Source of the DNA: Octopus bimaculoides
Taxonomy: Eukaryota
NCBI RefSeq assembly: GCF_001194135.2
Contig: NC_068983.1
Span: 102,205,225 to 102,245,649, forward strand
Length of the DNA: 40,425 nt
Direction of reading: 5' to 3'
Every line of letters starts with the position of its first letter. The stretch's first letter is position 1. Made by a program: the position numbers and the translations under genes. The notes beneath the pieces are model-generated. The model made no database searches. It was not told where the DNA came from and saw nothing but the letters and a program-made list of their open reading frames with translations. This document shows, one piece after another, positions 35,559 to 40,425 of the stretch.

Positions 35559-37678
35559 ATGGCTCCTAAGAAAATTCATAGTGAAAGTGCTTAGCGTCAT
35601 GCTATAACGCTGGAAGATAAATGGTTATGATAAAACGCCATGAAAAAGGTGAAAAAGTGGTAGCTATTGCATGATCTTTTGAGATGAGTCGGACAACTGT
35701 ATTGACGATTGCACATAATAAAGACAAGATTTTAGTACATATCAAATCTGAAGCCCCAGAGATGAAGAACACTGTCATCAATAAAAGAAAAGAGGCAAAA
35801 TCTTGAAAGAAATGGAAAGTCTTTCTCTTTGGATTGTTAGGTTGAATCATTAGCTTTCTACTATTAGTCAAGAAATCATTCAAGAGAAAGGGTTGTCTTT
35901 GTTTGAGGACCTGAAGAAAAAATATCCAGATGAGAAAGATGTAGAGTTCAAGGCAAGTCAATGATGGTTCATGAGATTTAAAGAGCGAAGAAGTTATCAC
36001 TCCATTAAGAAGCAAGGTGAAAAGTACATCAGCTATCGAACAAGCAGCAGCGGAATTTCCTAACGCATTAAAGAAAATTATCGAAGAAAACGGGTTTCTT
36101 CCTGAACAGATTTTTAACGTAGACGAAACTGGTTTGTATTGGAAAAAGTTGCCAGACCGTTCATTCATTTCCAAGGAGGAGAAAACTATTCCAGGCTACA
36201 AGGTCTCAAAAGAACGTATGACCTTTACGTTGGGCGGTAATTGTGCAGGAGATTTTAAGTTAAAGCCATTGCTTGTGTATCATACACACAACTCCCTGTG
36301 TCCTGAAGAACATACCCAAGACATCTCTCCCTGTTATGTGGATGACCAATTCAAAAGCATGGGTTACTGTTGTTGTTTTTGAAAATTGGTTCTTTAATCA
36401 TTTTATACCACCAGCAGAGAATTACTGTAAGAAGGTAATTCCTTCTAAGGTTTTACTTATCTTAGATAATGCTCCTGGCCACTCACAAAACATCGTAGAT
36501 TTTGACCCTAACGTTACCGTCGAATACCTCCCTCCGAACACCACGTCTCTTCTGCAGCCAAAGGGTCAGGAAATAATTGCTATCTTCAAGCGTTACTATA
36601 TGAAGCTTACGCTGCAGCAAGCAATAGCTGCAACTGTAATTGATGAGTCCATCACACTTTGTGACTTTTGAAAGAGATACGATATCTACAAGGCTGTACA
36701 GAACATAGCAGCGGCATGGAATGATGTACAGTGCACGGCTATGAATGGTGTGTGGAAGAAGCTTTGCCTGCAATTCGTGAATGATTTTAAGGGGTTTGAT
36801 AATGTTGCCATCAACAAAAACGTTGGTGACTACGAACAAAAAACTGGAAATGGATTTGGAGGAGGAGAATTTTACAGATTTATTTGAAAAAGACAAGCAG
36901 CCCCCGACGAACAAGGATTTGATAGAGCTTCACGAGCAGCAAAATAAAGAAGAAGAAGTCGAACCTGAGCCACATCACTTTACCATTAAGAAAATGCAAC
37001 AAGCATTTGCATATATCGAAAAAGGTCTTTCTATGTTCGAGGATATGGATCCAAATGCTCAACGCTTTTCCAAAATTATGGAGGCTTGTCACGAAGCTTT
37101 TGCACCTTATAATGTGATCCTTGGGGAAAAGAAGAAGACAGTTCAAGGAATTCTCAACCGGTTTTTTTTGCGCATCGAACAGCCAGAGTCAGCTGTTGAT
37201 GTTGATGATCCACAGCCACCTACAAACGTAAACCACCAAATTGTATGTACGTATTGGTAAATTTAAAATAATATAGTTTTTTTTTTACTATTGCAAAATA
37301 ATAATAATTACTGAATTTGTTTTTTAAGCTTAAAAATGGCTTTTATTTTACCATGTCTCATTGCAAACCGTATTCATAAATAAAGAGTTTGCGATGTACG
37401 GTAAACACCGCCAAATTGTATTCGTAAATTTAGATTACTTTTTTTTTAGTGTACTGTATTAGAAAATAAAAATTATTTGTTTGTAAGCTTAAAATAGGTT
37501 TTTATTAACCATGTATTATTGAAAATGTATTCATAAATAAAGTACAAGACCGGGAATAGCTATTATCGGTTTAGCTCAGAGACAAGTAAATTCGGCCTAG
37601 CCTAGCCAAGAGACAAGTTAGTTCAACTTAAGTCGTGTCTCCTGGAACCAATTAATGACGTAGAGTGAGGTATGACTG
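35559..37678 (+). mobile_element. Tigger/pogo DNA transposon with decayed transposase and right TIR
   Basis: MAPKK...ITLEDK (CENP-B-like HTH), IFNVDETGLYWKKLPDRSFISKEEK, LLILDNAPGH, LPPNTTSLLQP (DDE_1). Multiple stops and frameshifts. The right end TGAGGTATGACTG (to 37678) resembles Tigger TIRs. No left TIR found. Confidence 0.9.
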
Positions 37679-37687
37679 TTGTATATA

Positions 37688-37768
37688 TATTTTGGATGAG
37701 TGCTCTTGTGACAGGCTGTTGATAAATAATTATAGTCCTAGAACCGTTCCCTGAGACACACCACTTAT
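37688..37768 (-). repeat. 81-bp displaced copy of 39232..39312 (LINE RT SGxxQGTVLG motif)
   Basis: 78 of 81 positions identical. The minus strand reads ISGVSQGTVLGL*LFINSLSQEHSSKI. Confidence 0.9.
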
Positions 37769-38765
37769 ATCCTCATTAAGAAATCTAACAACGAAATGGA
37801 AACATATATACTATAAGCCCACGGACTCCAAGCAATATCTACCGTTCAACTCATGCCATCCCAGTCACACTAGAATGAATATCCCATTCAATCTAGCAAA
37901 ACGGATTTGTACTATAGTTTGTAATAGAAGTACCAGGAACACGACTACATGAACTAAAGGATACACTCATTACCAGGAACTACCCACCATCACTAATTGA
38001 TATAAGCTTTCAACGTGCCATACAATTCAACATTCACGAACTCAGATATCCCAAACTAAAAGAAAGATTTACAACCAAAAGCCCTACCATACATCTCCAC
38101 ACACAACCCTCTTAACAATGAAGCCTTCGACACCACCCTCCAGAACATTCCCCTATTAAAAAGGAATCACAGAATGAATTTAATCCTCCAAACGCACACC
38201 ATCATAAAAAGCAAGAGACAACCCAAATCACTGAAAAGTCTCCTAACACAAGCCCAAGTACGCTCGACAACAACACTGAAGCCGTCAGTAAAAAATATGG
38301 AAGACCTAACTGTGGTATATGCGTCAACCTAATTGAGGGATCGGAGTTGTCTTTCAAACAAGACCAACGTTTTACAGTGAAAAACAACTTCGGAGAACCT
38401 AATATATGTATTAACTTGCTCAGGGTGTCGAGAGCAATACACAGGCCAAACCAAAAACAGTCTACGTCAAAGGATGGTTCTACATAGATCCCAGATCAAA
38501 ATTCCGGAATACAGAAAAATAGCATTCAGCAAACACACCGACATCTGCACCACTGACAAACAACCCAACTTCAGAATTTTTCCCCTCCATAAATTCAGAA
38601 ACGATGCAACTTGTAGTCAGCATATTAGTAAAGAGTCATATTTTATCACAAAATATAAACCCCTTTTGAATACGTCCACCACAAATAACACTATTACAAG
38701 GGCCTTAGAATAATATCCACGCAAATATTAAAAGGGATATATTCAGAACAGCCAGTACCCATGAA
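37769..38765 (+). mobile_element. Penelope-like element (Neptune-like), RT C-terminus plus GIY-YIG endonuclease, 5'-truncated
   Basis: YYKPTDSKQYLPFNSCHPSHTRMNIPFNLAKRICTIV, a Cys-motif linker GRPNCGIC, EQYTGQT and RMVLHRSQI...KESYFITKYKPLLN. Confidence 0.88.
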
Positions 38766-38855
38766 TTTATTCAGAATAATTCCAATCACTGCTATTACAA
38801 CCACAACAGGTCACTTTTAGGTCACTTGACCATTTAAGAGGATTCCACCAACATC

Positions 38856-38903
<48 letters not shown>
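38856..38903. repeat. (TAC)n microsatellite
   Basis: Direct reading. Confidence 0.97.
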
Positions 38904-38909
38904 TATTTA

Positions 38910-39120
38910 CAGTGGTCCGGGAACGAAATTTGTTTAGTAGGTGCAAACTCAGGTCCAAAATATTTTACAAACAAGGTCGATTTTTTTCAATCTCAATATC
39001 AAAACAAACACAGGTATGATATTTTTGATATACATAGAAAACTAATGCTTCAAATCAATCCAAAAATTTTTCTACAGTCGCTCGTTTTGGCCATGAAGTT
39101 TTTGATGTAATTACTTTGAT
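38910..39120. mobile_element. Probable Tc1/mariner terminal fragment
   Basis: TA|CAGTGGTCCGGGAACGAAATT start typical of Tc1-like TIRs. No partner TIR. Confidence 0.45.
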
Positions 39121-40070
39121 ATTGTTTTAATCTACCTATTGATAAATGAGGTTTAGCTCATTTTGGAGTGTAACAGTATGTTCTGGAGTTTGAATGGCCT
39201 TTGATATTTTTGCATCATCGGCGTAACTCGTTATTTTGGATGAGTGCTCTTGTGACAGGCTGATGATAAATAATCATAGTCCTAGAACCGTTCCCTGAGA
39301 CATACCACTTATTACAGGTGACTTTGCAGAAAGAAAACCAAAGTAGCTCCTACCATGTAGGAAGTCAAAGAGCCATTCTCTTAAGATTCCTTAACTTATG
39401 ACAGAAGATTCCATGAACAGTCTCGTCGAATGCCTTAACAAAATCAAGGTATATACAGTCAATGTCCTTTCCTCTCAAGAGATTATTAAGAATAGTGTTA
39501 TGGTGCTGTAATAGATGTGAAAGGGAACTTCGTCCAGTCTAGAAACCATGCTGTATATCATCTCCGGGGTTGTTTACCGCAAGGTATATACTAATTCTAT
39601 TTTAGACAATGCGTTTGATAATTTTAGATGTGTGAGATGTGAGAGAAACAGGCCTGTAATTTTTAGCTTCAGCCCTACTATCTTTCTTTGTGTATAGGTG
39701 TTACTGTTGTGTCTTTCAATAGTTCTGGGAATTCGCCGGTATTAGCGACTTTTGAAATAGCATCTTTAATGGTTTCGCGAAGCTGTTTTTGTATGTTTTT
39801 AGTAGTATGGCTGGGAGACCATCTGGTCCAGATGCTGAGTTTTAATCTAGGTCATTAGCTGTAAATTGTATTCAGGGAATCAAAGAATTCATTTGGCTCA
39901 TATATTATTTTGTTAACTATAGGTTGGAAAAATGCACTGTCATAATGTCGACGCAAGAATGTGTATTTTTGTGATGAATTATTAGTATATGATCCATTTT
40001 GATCCATTCTGGTGATGATGAGTCACTTGTGGTATTTCGAGGAAATGAGAAAGTGGATAGCTACAGAGTG
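39121..40070 (-). mobile_element. CR1/L2-group LINE reverse transcriptase fragment
   Basis: SASGPDGLPAILLK, KNYRPVSLTSH, QHGF, IYLDFVKAFD, SGMSQGTVLG, SYADDAK. Decayed. Confidence 0.88.
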
Positions 40071-40115
40071 AAGGGCTCCTGATTGTGGAGTTTACTATAT
40101 ATATATATATATATA

Positions 40116-40425
40116 TGTAAGAGACGACCGTGCGAACTCATAAAAGGAGAAATGGTGACGAATGGAAAAACAGGACTCCTTTTATTTAAACGCGTCACAC
40201 GGTCGAACATACAAATATATATATCAATGATGATATACATGATATGTTATGCGACGATAACATATGTGACCAGTAATGAATGACCACAACCGTATTAGAT
40301 GAATAACAGAGATATTTATTGTAGCGTTAAAGATGTATGTCTGTGTGAGAGTGTGAATGCGACATATAAGAACATAATCAAAGACAGGCCGTCGTACAAA
40401 GAAAAGTGTGTATGTGAGTTATTAC
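40116..40425. mobile_element. Possible LTR-like sequence starting in a (TA)n tract and running off the window
   Basis: TGTAAG start after (TA)n, CpG-rich, with TTTATT. Weak evidence. Confidence 0.25.

Noticed and set aside
35602-36174. 190-aa minus-strand ORF
   Set aside because: It is the antisense shadow of the Tigger transposase, with no recognisable domain.
35559-37260. Domesticated TIGD-like host gene
   Set aside because: Multiple stops and frameshifts, and a retained TIR, indicate a dead transposon.
39255-39300. CTGATGA as a possible hammerhead ribozyme core near a Penelope element
   Set aside because: There is no GAAA core or stems, and the sequence is LINE RT coding sequence on the minus strand.

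Overview
AT-rich, microsatellite-rich animal genomic DNA with three N gaps. The SINE repertoire suggests Octopus, which is an inference from recognised repeats and not a database result. The only host gene is the 3' two-thirds of MCM2 on the + strand: 13 GT-AG coding exons from 670 to 25262 that splice in frame to 639 aa plus stop, with the N-terminus upstream of the window. Nearly everything else is transposon-derived. This includes an antisense Gypsy element lacking RT/RNase H, four same-orientation non-autonomous Helitrons, and RTE, CR1-like, R4/Dong-like and Penelope retroelement fragments. There is also a decayed Tigger/pogo transposase, several MITEs and many tRNA-derived SINEs. I found no new protein-coding system. 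The most notable signals are mechanistic: (i) an RTE LINE with a complete twin-priming 5' inversion signature; (ii) a head-to-tail SINE array apparently built by repeated insertion into a regenerated target; (iii) a templated duplication of an MCM2 acceptor plus half-exon; (iv) a Helitron family with shared ends and unrelated interiors, one proven by exact restoration of the Gypsy ORF; (v) an LTR pair with TG...TA termini; (vi) several long intronic hairpins. Coordinates were counted by hand, and repeat boundaries are approximate unless a TSD or TIR is quoted.
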